A stretch of DNA of 64,000 nucleotides from an uncultured delta proteobacterium. Lineage in GTDB: Bacteria; Myxococcota_A; Polyangia; Polyangiales; Polyangiaceae. The stretch is taken from NCBI GenBank assembly GCA_963806225.1, contig CAWDXG010000001.1, positions 384,001 to 448,000 on the forward strand. Reading direction: 5' to 3'. The position numbers and the translations under genes are program-made. Of the stretch, positions 53,084-63,616 are shown one piece after another. Position 1 is the first letter of the stretch, and every line of letters starts with the position of its first letter. Below the pieces are notes generated by a model. The model had not been told where the DNA came from. It saw only the letters and a program-made list of their open reading frames with translations, and made no database searches.

Positions 53084-53470
53084 TCACAGACTGCCCTTGA
53101 ACAGGATGCTGGCGAGCAGGATTGCCAACACGACGGCGGCGAGCAGGGAGTGGAGCCGATCGTTCGCCTTGAACAGCGCGCCGATCAGGTAGGCGATGCC
53201 GGTGGCGGGAGCGATCAACAGCACCAAAAGCCCCAGCGTCAGCACGGCGTTGCCTTGCAGCTCTGCAAGACCGGCGGGCAGGTCCCCGAGCGGCACCGCG
53301 GCCCTGCCGATGTGCCCGCGATGGATGAATTCGAGCGCGGAGCCCAGCAGCACCAGACCAAGACCGGCCAACAGTGTGATGCGCTGGATGCGGGCAAGGC
53401 GGCCGGCGATGCGGGCCTCGCTCTCCTCGAAGGCCGTGCCGCTGGCGGGTTCCGTGGTTCCGGAGCTCAT
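53084..53470 (-). CDS. DUF1634-like membrane protein, TSUP partner
   Basis: 3 TM, LGLLVLLIAP, adjacent to TauE. Confidence 0.65.
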   Translation of the reverse strand: MSSGTTEPASGTAFEESEARIAGRLARIQRITLLAGLGLVLLGSALEFIHRGHIGRAAVPLGDLPAGLAELQGNAVLTLGLLVLLIAPATGIAYLIGALFKANDRLHSLLAAVVLAILLASILFKGSL

Positions 53471-53666
53471 TCTCTCTTCTTGTTGCCCACGCCCGGCTGG
53501 CGGCGCAAGGCGCTGCTGTCAGCGGGGCTAGGGGAGGACCACACGGCCATTGGAGCCGGTTTCGGCCGAATTGGGTTCAGTCCCCGTCGCGCTGGACACC
53601 TCCCGGCTGCCCACCCCGACGACCGACGCCCTTGTCAAGTAGCCGGTCGGGTGCTTTTCTCCCTGC

Positions 53667-54125
53667 GTGCAGCACGAGGCCCCCCGCCTCCAGCGTCCGC
53701 GCGGCCGACGTGCCCGCTCCGGCTTTGTCGCCTGGTTGAGCGGCCTCGTCAGCGTGATCCTGATCCTCGGACAGGCGTCCGCAGTTCTGCACTTCGAGCT
53801 GGTTCCGCACCGTTTCTGTCTGCTTCACGGGCTCGAGGACATCCAGGTCCTGGACGGGGCCCCGGCTCACGCGCACGCAAGCGCGGCGCGCGCTTCCAGG
53901 GACAAGCGGACGACCGCCCGCGCGCCCCGGACCATCGTCGTTTCCCACGACCGCTGCGCGCTCGCCATGCTCGTCCACGAGCGGCTCGCGTTCCTGCCAG
54001 CCGAGCGCAGCATCGACATTCCGGGGCCCGACAGCACGGGCCTCGTGCATCCCGCGCGAGATGCGGCGCTCCTGCCCGCGCGGCCGGAGCTCGACTTCGC
54101 TCCGAAGATCGGTCCGCCGGCGTGA
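53667..54125 (+). CDS. His/Cys-containing hypothetical protein (DUF2946-like leader of the metal efflux operon)
   Basis: Signal/TM, HFELVPHRFCLLHG, HAH, HDRC, C-terminal APKIGPPA. Confidence 0.6.
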   Translation: MQHEAPRLQRPRGRRARSGFVAWLSGLVSVILILGQASAVLHFELVPHRFCLLHGLEDIQVLDGAPAHAHASAARASRDKRTTARAPRTIVVSHDRCALAMLVHERLAFLPAERSIDIPGPDSTGLVHPARDAALLPARPELDFAPKIGPPA

Positions 54126-54266
54126 CGTAGCGGCGCTGCCACGCGCCGCTTCCACCGGTTCTGTCCTGCACGTCTTCGCGCTCGCGAAGCTGCTGGCCCG
54201 ATCGATCCCAGCTGTCCGCGCCGCAGGCACGGCACGGCCCCGGTTTTTCAAGGAGCATCTTGTACC

Positions 54267-55553
54267 ATGTGGAAGTATTCCAGCGCGCACCTATCGCGTG
54301 CGCGGTGTGCACATTCGCTGGCGTTGGGCCTGCTCGGCGCTGGTCTGCTGCTGCCTCGCCCGGCGAGAGCACAAGGCAGCGTGAAGCGGCTGACCGCGTC
54401 GCAGGCGATCCATCTCGCGCTTGCCCACAACCCAGATAGCCGTGCCGCCCAACAGGACGTTTCGGCAGCGCGAGGCGCCGTCGAACAGGCGCGGGTTCTG
54501 CCGAACCCCGATATCTTCGTGGGGGCGATGGGCACGGAGATCAGCCCAGCCCAGGCGCCCATCCCCAACCAGTTCGGTATCGCCTGGACGCTTCCGCTCG
54601 GCGGCAAGCGCGCCGCGGGTATCGCCAGCGCAAAGGCCGGCGTCAGCGCGGCCCGGGCCAGCCGCCTGGCCACGCGCCGCCAGCTGGCGTTGTCCGTGGA
54701 GACCGCGTTCGTCACCGTGCTTCTGGACCAGTCCCTGCTCGATTTCGCAAGGGAGGATCAGCAGACGTTCCGCCAGTCCGTGCAGATCAACGAGCTCCGC
54801 TACAAGGACGGCAAGATCTCCTACGGCGAGGTACTGAAGCTCCGCATCCAGGCGCGGCAGGTGGACGACGCCGTGCGCGAAGCCAAGCAGAACCTGGTCA
54901 ACGACCGACAGGAGCTCGCGCGGTTGGTGGGTGACGGTGTTCTCGCGCCTGGCTACCGTGTTTTCGGCAGCCTCCAGCCGCCGAAAATGCCGCGCGATCT
55001 AGCGGTGAGCAGCATCGTCCGGCGCGCGCTCGTCAATCGCGCGGACTACCAGGCGCTACGTGCCGAGCAGGACGCCTCGCGATCCTCGCTCTCCCAGGCC
55101 CGGCGACAGCCGATCCCCGACGTCGGTGTGCTGGCGGACTACAACTACGTTCCGGGCAGCGCGGGCAACTACGACCTGCAGCTGACGGCGACCGTCCCGC
55201 TCTTCGATCGCAACCAGGGCAACATCCGGCAGGCCCGAGCCGACTACGCGAAGAGCGGCCTCGCCCTCGAAGCAATGCGCGCGCAGATCCGCGCGGATGC
55301 CGCGCGTGCCGTGCAGGCATGGCGGACCGTCGCGGCGCGCCTCCGCGCCTACAACGACGACTTCGTGAAGTCCGCCAAGGAGTCGCTCGACATCAGCCGG
55401 CACTCCTACGAGGAGGGCCGGGGCACGCTACTCGACTTCCTGGACGCCGAATCCAGCTACCGCGACGTGCAGCGCGCCTATCGCACCGCCGAGGCGAACG
55501 CCGTGCTGGCCGCCGCCAACATCAAGTTCGTTTCTGGAGAGGACCTGCCATGA
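54267..55553 (+). CDS. TolC/CzcC-family outer membrane factor
   Basis: ALAHNP, LPNP, VPLFDRNQGNI, YEEGRGTLLDFLDA; SD AAGGAG. Confidence 0.9.
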   Translation: MWKYSSAHLSRARCAHSLALGLLGAGLLLPRPARAQGSVKRLTASQAIHLALAHNPDSRAAQQDVSAARGAVEQARVLPNPDIFVGAMGTEISPAQAPIPNQFGIAWTLPLGGKRAAGIASAKAGVSAARASRLATRRQLALSVETAFVTVLLDQSLLDFAREDQQTFRQSVQINELRYKDGKISYGEVLKLRIQARQVDDAVREAKQNLVNDRQELARLVGDGVLAPGYRVFGSLQPPKMPRDLAVSSIVRRALVNRADYQALRAEQDASRSSLSQARRQPIPDVGVLADYNYVPGSAGNYDLQLTATVPLFDRNQGNIRQARADYAKSGLALEAMRAQIRADAARAVQAWRTVAARLRAYNDDFVKSAKESLDISRHSYEEGRGTLLDFLDAESSYRDVQRAYRTAEANAVLAAANIKFVSGEDLP

Positions 55554-56692
55554 CCCGGTATCCTGCTGTCGCCGCCCGCGCTGCACGTCGCCAGCCCGGT
55601 TTCTTCCTCGGGCTCGGCGTGATTGTCGCCCTGGCGCTCCCGGCCTGCTCGCAGTCGAAAGACGACGCCGCAGCGGCCTCGTCCTCGCAGGCCTTGCTGT
55701 TCACCGTGCCTGCGAACCAGCGCGGCCACCTGAAGGTCGTCGCCGTGAAGAAGAAGCCCGTCACGTTGCCCGTGACGGTGCCCGCGCTGGTCAACTTCAA
55801 CGAGCTCAAGACGAGCCGCGTGGTTCCCCTGGTCAGCGGCAAGGTCGCGAAGATCAAGGTGCACGAGGGCGACCATGTGAAATCGGGCCAGGTGCTGCTC
55901 ACGATTGCCAGCCCCGACTCCTCCGACATGGCCGCCAACATCGCGCGCGACCGCTCGGCGCTCGCGACGAAGAAGGTGATCCTCGCGCGCGACAAGGATC
56001 TGTACGAGCACAAGGCCATCTCGCTGGAGGAGCTGCAGCAGGCCGAGCTCGACGTGAAGGCCGCCGAGGCGACGGTCGCGAACGACAACTCCCAGGCCGC
56101 GATTACCGGCGGCGCCGGCAGCCAGGCCGTGCTGCGCTCGCCGATCTCCGGCACGGTAGTGGCGCGCAATATCGCGGTCGGCGAGGCGGTCTCGGCGGGA
56201 AGCACGGCGTGCTTCACCATTACCGACCCGACCGCCGCCTGGGTCATCGCGCAGCTCTACCAGCAGGATCTCCGCGACGTGCAGCTCGGTGACAGCGCGG
56301 TCATCCGCTCGCCGGTGCTGAAGAAGCCCATCGACGGCAAGGTCACCTACATCGGGGCATCGATCGATGCGAACACGCTGACGGTTCCGGTGCGCATCGC
56401 AGCGGACAACGAGGACGGCCTGCTCAAGCAGGGCATGTACGTCGATGCCGAGATCATTCCGGCCAGGTCGATCATCGCCATGGTCGTGCCCGACGCTGCC
56501 GTCCTGCGTGACGAGGACAACCTGCCGTTCGTGTACGTCGAGGTCTCCGCCGGGAAGTTCGCGCGGCGGCACGTGAAGCTCGGGGCGGAAATCGACGACG
56601 AGACCATCGTCGAAAGCGGCCTGAAGGACGGCGACAAGGTACTCGCCGACGGCGCCCTGTTCGTGCAGTTCGCCGACAGCCTGGAGCGGTAG
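55550..56692 (+). CDS. CzcB-like RND membrane fusion lipoprotein
   Basis: LPAC lipobox, GKVAKIKVHEGDHV, RSPISGTV, LKQGMY; ATGA coupling. Confidence 0.9.
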   Translation: MTRYPAVAARAARRQPGFFLGLGVIVALALPACSQSKDDAAAASSSQALLFTVPANQRGHLKVVAVKKKPVTLPVTVPALVNFNELKTSRVVPLVSGKVAKIKVHEGDHVKSGQVLLTIASPDSSDMAANIARDRSALATKKVILARDKDLYEHKAISLEELQQAELDVKAAEATVANDNSQAAITGGAGSQAVLRSPISGTVVARNIAVGEAVSAGSTACFTITDPTAAWVIAQLYQQDLRDVQLGDSAVIRSPVLKKPIDGKVTYIGASIDANTLTVPVRIAADNEDGLLKQGMYVDAEIIPARSIIAMVVPDAAVLRDEDNLPFVYVEVSAGKFARRHVKLGAEIDDETIVESGLKDGDKVLADGALFVQFADSLER

Positions 56693-56698
56693 CGCGTC

Positions 56699-59600
56699 AT
56701 GATCCACAAGCTCATCGCGACTGCCCTCCGCCAGAGGTTCGTGGTGATCGCCGCTGCACTCGCCACGCTCGTGGCGGGGGCCTGGGCGTTCCGCCAGGCG
56801 CCGGTCGACGCCTACCCCGACCTTTCCCCGCCCAAGGTGGAGCTGGTCACGCAGTGGCCGGGCCACGCCTCGGAGGAGGTGGAGCGGCTGATCACCATTC
56901 CTCTCGAGATCGCCTGCAATGGAGCGCCGGGCCTGCACATCCAGCGATCCGTGTCGCTCTACGGCCTTTCCGACATCAACCTGATCTTCGACTACAAGAC
57001 GGACCCCTACTTCAACCGCGAGCAGATCTTCCAGCGCATGGCCGACGCGGAGCTGCCGGACGGCACTGCGCCGTCGATGACGCCGCTCTTCTCGCCCTCC
57101 GGTCTCATCTACCGCTACGTGCTCGACAGCCCGGACCGCTCGCCGCAGGAGCTGAAGGTTCTGCAGGACTGGACGATCTACCGGCGCTACAAGGCCATTC
57201 CGGGCGTTGCCGACGACTCCGCGCTCGGCGGGACCACGCGCCAATACCAGGTCGTCCTCGACCCGAACACGCTCAGCACCTATCACGTGAGCGTCGGCGA
57301 CGTGCTCGGCACGCTCGGCAACAACAACCAGAACGCCGGCGGCGGCTTCTACCAGCAGGGCGGCCAGTTCTTCTATGTGCGCGGTCTCGGGCGGCTGACG
57401 AATCTCGAGGACATCCGCAACGTGGTCGTTGCCACGCACAACGGCGTGCCCATTCACGTGGGTGACGTTGGCCAGGTGCGTATCGGCCACGCGCCTCGCC
57501 TCGGGCCAGTTCGGCTACATGAATCGCGACGACGCGGTCGAGGGCGTGATCTTCCTGCGCACCGGTGACCCGGCGCAGACCGTGCTGAAGCGCGTGCAGA
57601 AGGAGACGAAGTACCTCAACGAGCACGTCCTGCCGCGCGATGTGAAGATCCACCCCTTCTACGACCGCACTGATCTGATCAAGCTGACGACCCGCACCGT
57701 CGAGCACAACCTGCTCCTGGGTGTCCTCCTGGTGACGCTGATCCTGGTGCTGTTCCTGCACAGCTTCCGCACCGGCCTGATTGTCGCGTCGACGATACCG
57801 CTCGCCCTGGCAACGGCATTCCTGCTGCTCCGGTTCAGACACGTCCCGGTCAACCTGCTCTCGCTCGGCGCAGTCGACTTCGGGATCCTGGTGGATGCCG
57901 GGGTGATCATGGTCGAGAACATCTTCCGCGAGCTTGGCGAGCGGAAGGCTGGCGACCTGCGCGTGCCGATCCACGACGCAGTGCTCGGCGCGGCCAAGGA
58001 CGTCGGCCGGCCGATCTTCTACTCGACTGCCGTCATCATCGCCGCCTATCTGCCCATCTACGCGCTCACCGGGCCGGAGGGGCGGCTGTTCTCGCCAATG
58101 GCAGACACGGTGGTATTTGCGCTGCTCGGAACGTTGCTCTTCACGCTGACGCTGCTGCCGGTGCTGTGCAGCCTGTTCATGAAGAAAGGCGTTACGCGAC
58201 CGCGAAGGCCGCATCTATGGCGCCTTCAAGGCCTGGTATGTGAAAACGCTCGACCGCTCGCTGGCCCGCCCCAGGCTGACGGTCCTGGCGTGTGTGATCG
58301 CGTTCGCCGCTTCCTCGCTCACCTTGTTCGGGATCGGCTCGGAGTTCATGCCGAAGCTCGACGAAGGGGCGCTGTGGGTACGGGCCACGATGCCGTACAC
58401 CATCAGCTTCAACGAAGCGAAGAAGATCGCCCCCAAGGTGCGGAAGATCCTCATGAGCTTCCCCGAGGTCTCGACCGTGGCGGACGAGCACGGGCGCCCC
58501 GACGACGGGACGGACCCTACGGGCTTCTTCAACTGCGAGTTCTACGTCGGGCTCAAGCCGTACGACTCGTGGAAGGGGAGCATCCACAACAAGAAACAGC
58601 TGATCGCGGCTATCAACGACAAGTTGAAATCGTTCCCCGGGATCATCTTCAACTACACGCAGCCCGCCGAGGACGCCGTCGACGAGGCGTCCACCGGTTT
58701 GAAGAGCGCACTGGCGGTCAAGGTGTACGGCTCCGACCTGCACAAGCTGGAGAAGATGGCCGTACAGATCAAGCGCACCATCACCAAGGTCCCGGGCATC
58801 AAGCACGTGACCGTGGTGCGCGAGCTGGGCCAGCCCAGCCTGGACGTGAAGGTCGATCGGAAGAAGGTGGCGCGCTACGGCATCGACGTTGCCACCATCA
58901 ACAACCTGATCGAATCCGCCGTGGGCGGCGTGCCGGCAACGCAGGTGATCCAGGGCGAGCGGGAGTTCGACCTGGTCGTCCGCATGAACAAGCGTTACCG
59001 TGACAACCCCGAGGCCATCGGACGGTTGCTCGTCACGACGCCGAGCGGGCAGCGACTGCCGCTGTCGACGTTTGCCAGCTTGAAGGTTGGCCAGGGGGCG
59101 TCGTTCATCTACCGCGAGAAGGGCTCACGCTACATCGGCGTGCAGTACTCGGTGGAGGGGCGCGACCTCGGCTCGGCCGTCGCGGCGGCACGCCGGGCCG
59201 TCAAGGCAAGCGTCCACGTGCCGATCGGCTACGAGGTGAGGTGGGGCGGCGAATACACGGAGCTGCTCCACGCGAAGAAGGAGATGATGGTCATCGTCCC
59301 CCTGACGGTGCTGCTCATCTTCTTCATCATCTTCGGGCTGTACGGGAACCTGAAGTACCCGCTGATGCTAGCGCTCAGCGTCGTCTTGACGATGCCGGAG
59401 GGCGGGCTACTTGCGCTGTGGATGCTGCGCACGAATCTCAGCGTCAGCTCGGCTCTGGGCTTTCTCGCGCTGTTCGGTATCTCGGTGCAGACCGGCGTCA
59501 TCTTCATCAGTCACGCCAACAAGCTCCGGCGCGAGGGCCTGTCCATCGATCAAGCCACGCGCGAGAGCGCGATCGTGCGCCTACGGCCCATCCTGATGAC

Positions 59601-59784
59601 GGCTCTGGTGGCGTGCGTCGGCCTGATGCCGGCGGCATTTTCCCACGCTATTGGCAGCGACAGCCAGCGGCCGTTCGCGCAGGTCGTCGTGGGCGGGTTG
59701 CTTTCGCGCATCGCGCTCTCGATCTTCCTCCTGCCGGTGCTCTACCGCTGGGTGTCGAAGGCCGGAGATCGACTCGAAGTGTAG
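56699..59784 (+). CDS. CzcA/CusA-family heavy-metal RND permease; two +1 frameshifts (about 57504 and 58192)
   Basis: DAYPD, EEVERLITIPLE, GAVDFGILVDA, EGRLFSPMA, SEFMPKLDEG, RLRPILMTA; deleting one G and one T gives a continuous frame. Confidence 0.88.
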
Positions 59785-59963
59785 CGGACTGGAAACACGG
59801 AATCTTCCGGGAACCGACTGCGCAGATATTGCGGGAAAGCCCGGGGTGGTTACTTTCGAAGTCAAGGCCAGAAGGACAATTCTTGTGGCCGGGGGAGGAA
59901 CCGCCCCATCCCGGTAGACTTTGCGGATGGGCTCGATTTCTGGCTCGGCCAGAGGAGCTTGTC

Positions 59964-61242
59964 ATGGATACGTCCGTCTACATTGCGGCGGCCACGGTGT
60001 TCGCTGTGGTCGTCCTGACCCCGCTCGTGGTCAGTTCTTTCCTGCGTGATGTTGCTGCTGGAGAAATCCGCCTGGTCAGTTGGCTGAACGGAAAGCTCCG
60101 GATCTACAGGGGGCCGTGCAAGGCCATGGTGGTCCCCATCCTCACGGTCAGCCGGGTGATTCCCGCGCAGGCCATCAACGTCGACATCGAGATCACCGAC
60201 CAGACCGCGGATGTCGACCAGGGCGGCGCGCCGGCGCCTGTGAAGGTCACCGTCAAGGCTTCGGCGATCGTCAGCGTCGGTGAAGACGACGCCATGGTGA
60301 ACACGGCGGCTAACAAGTTCTTCTCCAAGATGCCCGCCGAACAGCTCAACACGCTCACGGACGTGCTGTCGTCCGCGGGCCGTCGCGCGATCAACCTGCT
60401 GCGCCACGACCAGTTGTTCAATGCCCGGCCCGTCGCACCCGTGGCGACCGAGGATCTGGTGGACCGCGGCGAGGACGACGAGCTGGCCGTCATCATCAAG
60501 GAGGCGTGCTCGCGCGAGCTGCTCGACCTCGGGCTGTCGTTCAACAGCCTCAACATCAAGGCTGTCCTCAGCGAGGTGGCTGACGCGCGACGCCGCGAGG
60601 CCGCTGCACGCGCCAAGGCCAGCGCCGACGTGGTGCAGGCCCAGGAGGAGCGACGCGCGCGCATCGCGCAGCTCGAGGCCGCGCAGGCGGTCAACGATCA
60701 GGAGCGCGCGCTGCACACCCAGGTGGCTTCGAACGGTGCCCACGTTGCGCGGGCCGAAGCCGAGCGGCAGGCTGCCGTGCGCGCCCAACGCGCGGCGGAG
60801 CTCGGTGCATCGCAGATCACGCAGGCCAACGCCGACGCCGAGCAGAACGTGATCGCCCTCGAGGCGGACGGCCGTGCCGAGGCCGCGCGCATCCGGGCCA
60901 TCGCCGAGGCCGAAGCCGACGCCATCCGCATGAAGGCTGAAGCGCTGCGTCAGGCGGGCGACCTGTACCTGGACCTCAAGCGGCTGGAGCTGGCTCCCCG
61001 AGCTGACCCGTCAGGTTGCGGACGCGCTCTCCGGTGGCCAGTTCATCAACTTCGGTACCAGTGGCGACGGTGGTCACTCCGCCGTGTCGTCCGGCTCGGA
61101 CGACGTGATGCGCGTCGTGCAGACGCTGATGGCGGCGCAGGTGGTCGGCTCGAACGGAGCGACCGCTCCGGCCGTGCGACCCCATAAAGCGCCGTCGACC
61201 CCGTCGAGGAAATCGACGGACGGCGCGTCGCACCATCAGTAG
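59964..61242 (+). CDS. Flotillin/SPFH-like protein; +1 frameshift at about 60997
   Basis: SD AGAGGAG, N-terminal TM, SPFH-like core, EA-rich coiled coil AEAEADAIRMKAEA; deleting one C of CCCC extends the frame to TAG 61242. Confidence 0.75.
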
Positions 61243-61254
61243 CGCGAGCGGGCG

Positions 61255-61911
61255 ATGTCCATCTTCGTTGTCAGCCTCTGCGTTGGTCTGGGCGGACTCT
61301 TGCTGATGGCTCTGCCTGGCATGCGGCGCCACGGGCGTGCTGGTCACGCCCGTGCGGGCCGGGCAGTGCACACCGGCCATGCTGCGCGGTCGGCCGGTAG
61401 AGGCGTGCGGCACGCGCCGGCCCAGGCGGGCCGCGCACATGGCCATCACATTCCGCGCCCACAGCGGAGCGAGCCGGTATCCGCCGTCGACGGCGTCCTG
61501 CACTACGTGCCCGAGCCGCGCGTCGTGCTCACCGTGATCGCCCTGTTCGGCGCGTTCGGCAACGTGCTCGCGCACGTCGGCCATGCTTCGTTCCTCGTGC
61601 AGCTCGCGGGCGCTGCGCTCTCGGCGGCTCTGGTGGAATGGCTGATCGTCGGTCGCATCTGGCGGCTGGCCCTGCAGTTCACCGGCGAGCCGAACTCGCC
61701 GCTGGAGACGCTGATCATGCAGCGCGTCCAGGCCGTGACGGCGTTCCGCAACGGCAAGGGGATTGTCCTGGCGGAGCGCGACGGCCGCGCGCTGCAACTC
61801 TCCGCGGAATTGATGGAAGAGGAGCGCCACGAGCGGGTCCGGGTCGGCGACCCGCTGACCGTCGAGGAGGTCGATCCCGAGCACGAACGGGTCGTCGTCT
61901 CGACGCGCTGA
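61255..61911 (+). CDS. NfeD/YuaF-like membrane partner with His-rich loop and C-terminal OB fold
   Basis: 3 TM, FGAFG, C-terminal VRVGDPLTVEEVD; directly after flotillin. Confidence 0.7.
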   Translation: MSIFVVSLCVGLGGLLLMALPGMRRHGRAGHARAGRAVHTGHAARSAGRGVRHAPAQAGRAHGHHIPRPQRSEPVSAVDGVLHYVPEPRVVLTVIALFGAFGNVLAHVGHASFLVQLAGAALSAALVEWLIVGRIWRLALQFTGEPNSPLETLIMQRVQAVTAFRNGKGIVLAERDGRALQLSAELMEEERHERVRVGDPLTVEEVDPEHERVVVSTR

Positions 61912-61970
61912 TGAGCGCCGGCTTCCGGCGCCGGAGCCACGGGACCAAAGGTCGAGGCCCGCAAGCCGGC

Positions 61971-62471
61971 TCAGAAGTAGTCGGCCGGATCGAGCCCCTT
62001 GTAACGGGCGTAGGCGGAAAGGTCGGCTTTGAGCAGGCGCAGGGCGATCGCCATGATCAGAAGGTCGTCCAGCTGTCCGATGCCAGGCAGGGCGTCGGGG
62101 ATCAGATCCGAAGGGCTGATGAAGTACAGCGCTGCGGCAACCGCGACCGCCAGCGAGTACCAGCGCACTTTGCGGTAACGCCCCGACGAGTAGTCGTCGA
62201 CCAGATCGAGCATGAGCCGCACCTGGTTGGTGAGCTGCTGCATGCGGTCCGGGATCTCGCGGGCCTTCCTGAAGACGGCTTCCCGCGACTTGTGGAGTCG
62301 GGCCAGCTGGCTTTTCCTGATGTTGGCTGTCAGCCGCGCCAGAAGGCGCAGGATGCGGCGCTGCTCCGCCAGCGGAACGACCTCCGCCCCAGCAGTCGCC
62401 GCTGCCGCCTCTGCGCGATGGTCCTGCACCGTTCCGGCGCCGTTGCCCCCGAGCCCGTTGCCTTGTGTCAT
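61971..62471 (-). CDS. YkvA/DUF1232 family protein
   Basis: YFISPSDLIPDALPGIGQLDD. Confidence 0.9.
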   Translation of the reverse strand: MTQGNGLGGNGAGTVQDHRAEAAAATAGAEVVPLAEQRRILRLLARLTANIRKSQLARLHKSREAVFRKAREIPDRMQQLTNQVRLMLDLVDDYSSGRYRKVRWYSLAVAVAAALYFISPSDLIPDALPGIGQLDDLLIMAIALRLLKADLSAYARYKGLDPADYF

Positions 62472-62616
62472 GCGCTTCCAGCCTAGTCACCGTGGGCGGT
62501 CGGCACAATGCCGGCGCAAATCGCTAGCCTGCTCGTGGCTTGGCACGTTTCCCGTCGCCAGCGGTCAAGCTGTGCGTTCGCGCAGCGGTCGCGACGCGGG
62601 TATCCTGCGCGCCATG

Positions 62617-63616
62617 GTGCGTCGTGACGCGACGGACGTTCTGACTCCTTCGGGGGAAGGTGCGACCGGCGCTCGCTGCGCTTCTCCAGCGGGTGCAAGT
62701 CCCGTCCCGGTAGGCGTCGGTGCGCCGGGTAGCAGGCCCCAGGTATCGGAGGGAGACCTCCGTGCCCGAGCGGGGCGTCAAGAGCCCGTGAAGCGGCATC
62801 TGCCGCGCAGCGGGGAGCAAGCACGCGGGCCGCAACATGAAGTGAAGCCTGCAGCCTCGACAGAGGAACAATCCGGAAGCCGAGCCGCTCATGTCACGGC
62901 GAAGGCAACATCGGTCGCGGGAGTACCGAAGCTCGTGTCCGGTTCCGGCGGGGTAGAGGGCGCAGCACGTGTGCAGGGAGAAGCGCGGAACACGAGAGAC
63001 CCGTCTGTGCAGCCGCAGTCACGGCAAGGTGGCTCGTACAAGCCAAAGGCGCCGCACAGCGGGAGTCCGAGGAGGATCGTAGTACCGGAGAGCGTAGAGT
63101 CATCTACGCGAACGAACGCCGTGCAGAACAACGCGGCGGGAGGGAAGGGTCCCTGCGGTAGTCTTGCGGACGGAACAGGTAAGCGCGAGGGAATGGCCGG
63201 CAAGACCGGACCTAACGACCCCGACGGCCGTAGGCCGGGCGACAAAGTGCGACAACTGCAACGTCAGCTCTGGGCCGCAGCCAAGCGGGCACCGGGTAGG
63301 CGCTTCCATGCGTTGTACGATCACATCTGGAGGCGTGACGTCCTTCAGGAAGCATGGAAGCGGGTGAGACGGAATCGCGGCGCCGCAGGAGTCGATCGCC
63401 AATCACTCCTCGACGTTGAGCAGTACGGAGTCGAGCGCTTCCTCGTCCGCTACCCGGAGCAGCCCTTCTGGAATCAGGAGGCCGCGTAATGCTGCAAGCC
63501 GACAGACTGCCGGTAGGCCGTGTGCGGGAAATCCGCACGCACGGTTTGAAAGGGGGTCCTGCCCCTTCGCCGGTGAAACTTGTTTTCAACTGGTGAAAGG
63601 GCAGGATCTACCAATG
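62617..63616 (+). mobile_element. Group II intron, internally deleted, inserted just after a start codon
   Basis: 5' GTGCG; J2/3-DIII GAGTCCGA..GTAGTACC..GGAGGGAAGGG; DV 63515-63547; DVI with bulged A63610; removal rejoins ATG|CGC TAC. Confidence 0.9.
63193..63489 (+). pseudogene. ltrA: Remnant intron-encoded RT/maturase (RT0 region fused to the C-terminal tail)
   Basis: KVRQLQRQL..AAK..RFHALYD..AWKRVRRNRGAAGVD..GVERFL then VRYP..EAA*; no YADD or RT1-7. Confidence 0.85.

Noticed and set aside
53475..53630. Riboswitch upstream of the DUF1634/TauE pair
   Set aside because: GC-rich with possible hairpins, but I could not recognise any conserved aptamer motif; an Rfam scan would settle it
62212..63192. 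425-aa ORF 62212-63489 as a full protein
   Set aside because: The upstream part overlaps the antisense ykvA-like gene and intron RNA domains I-III; only 63193 onward resembles protein
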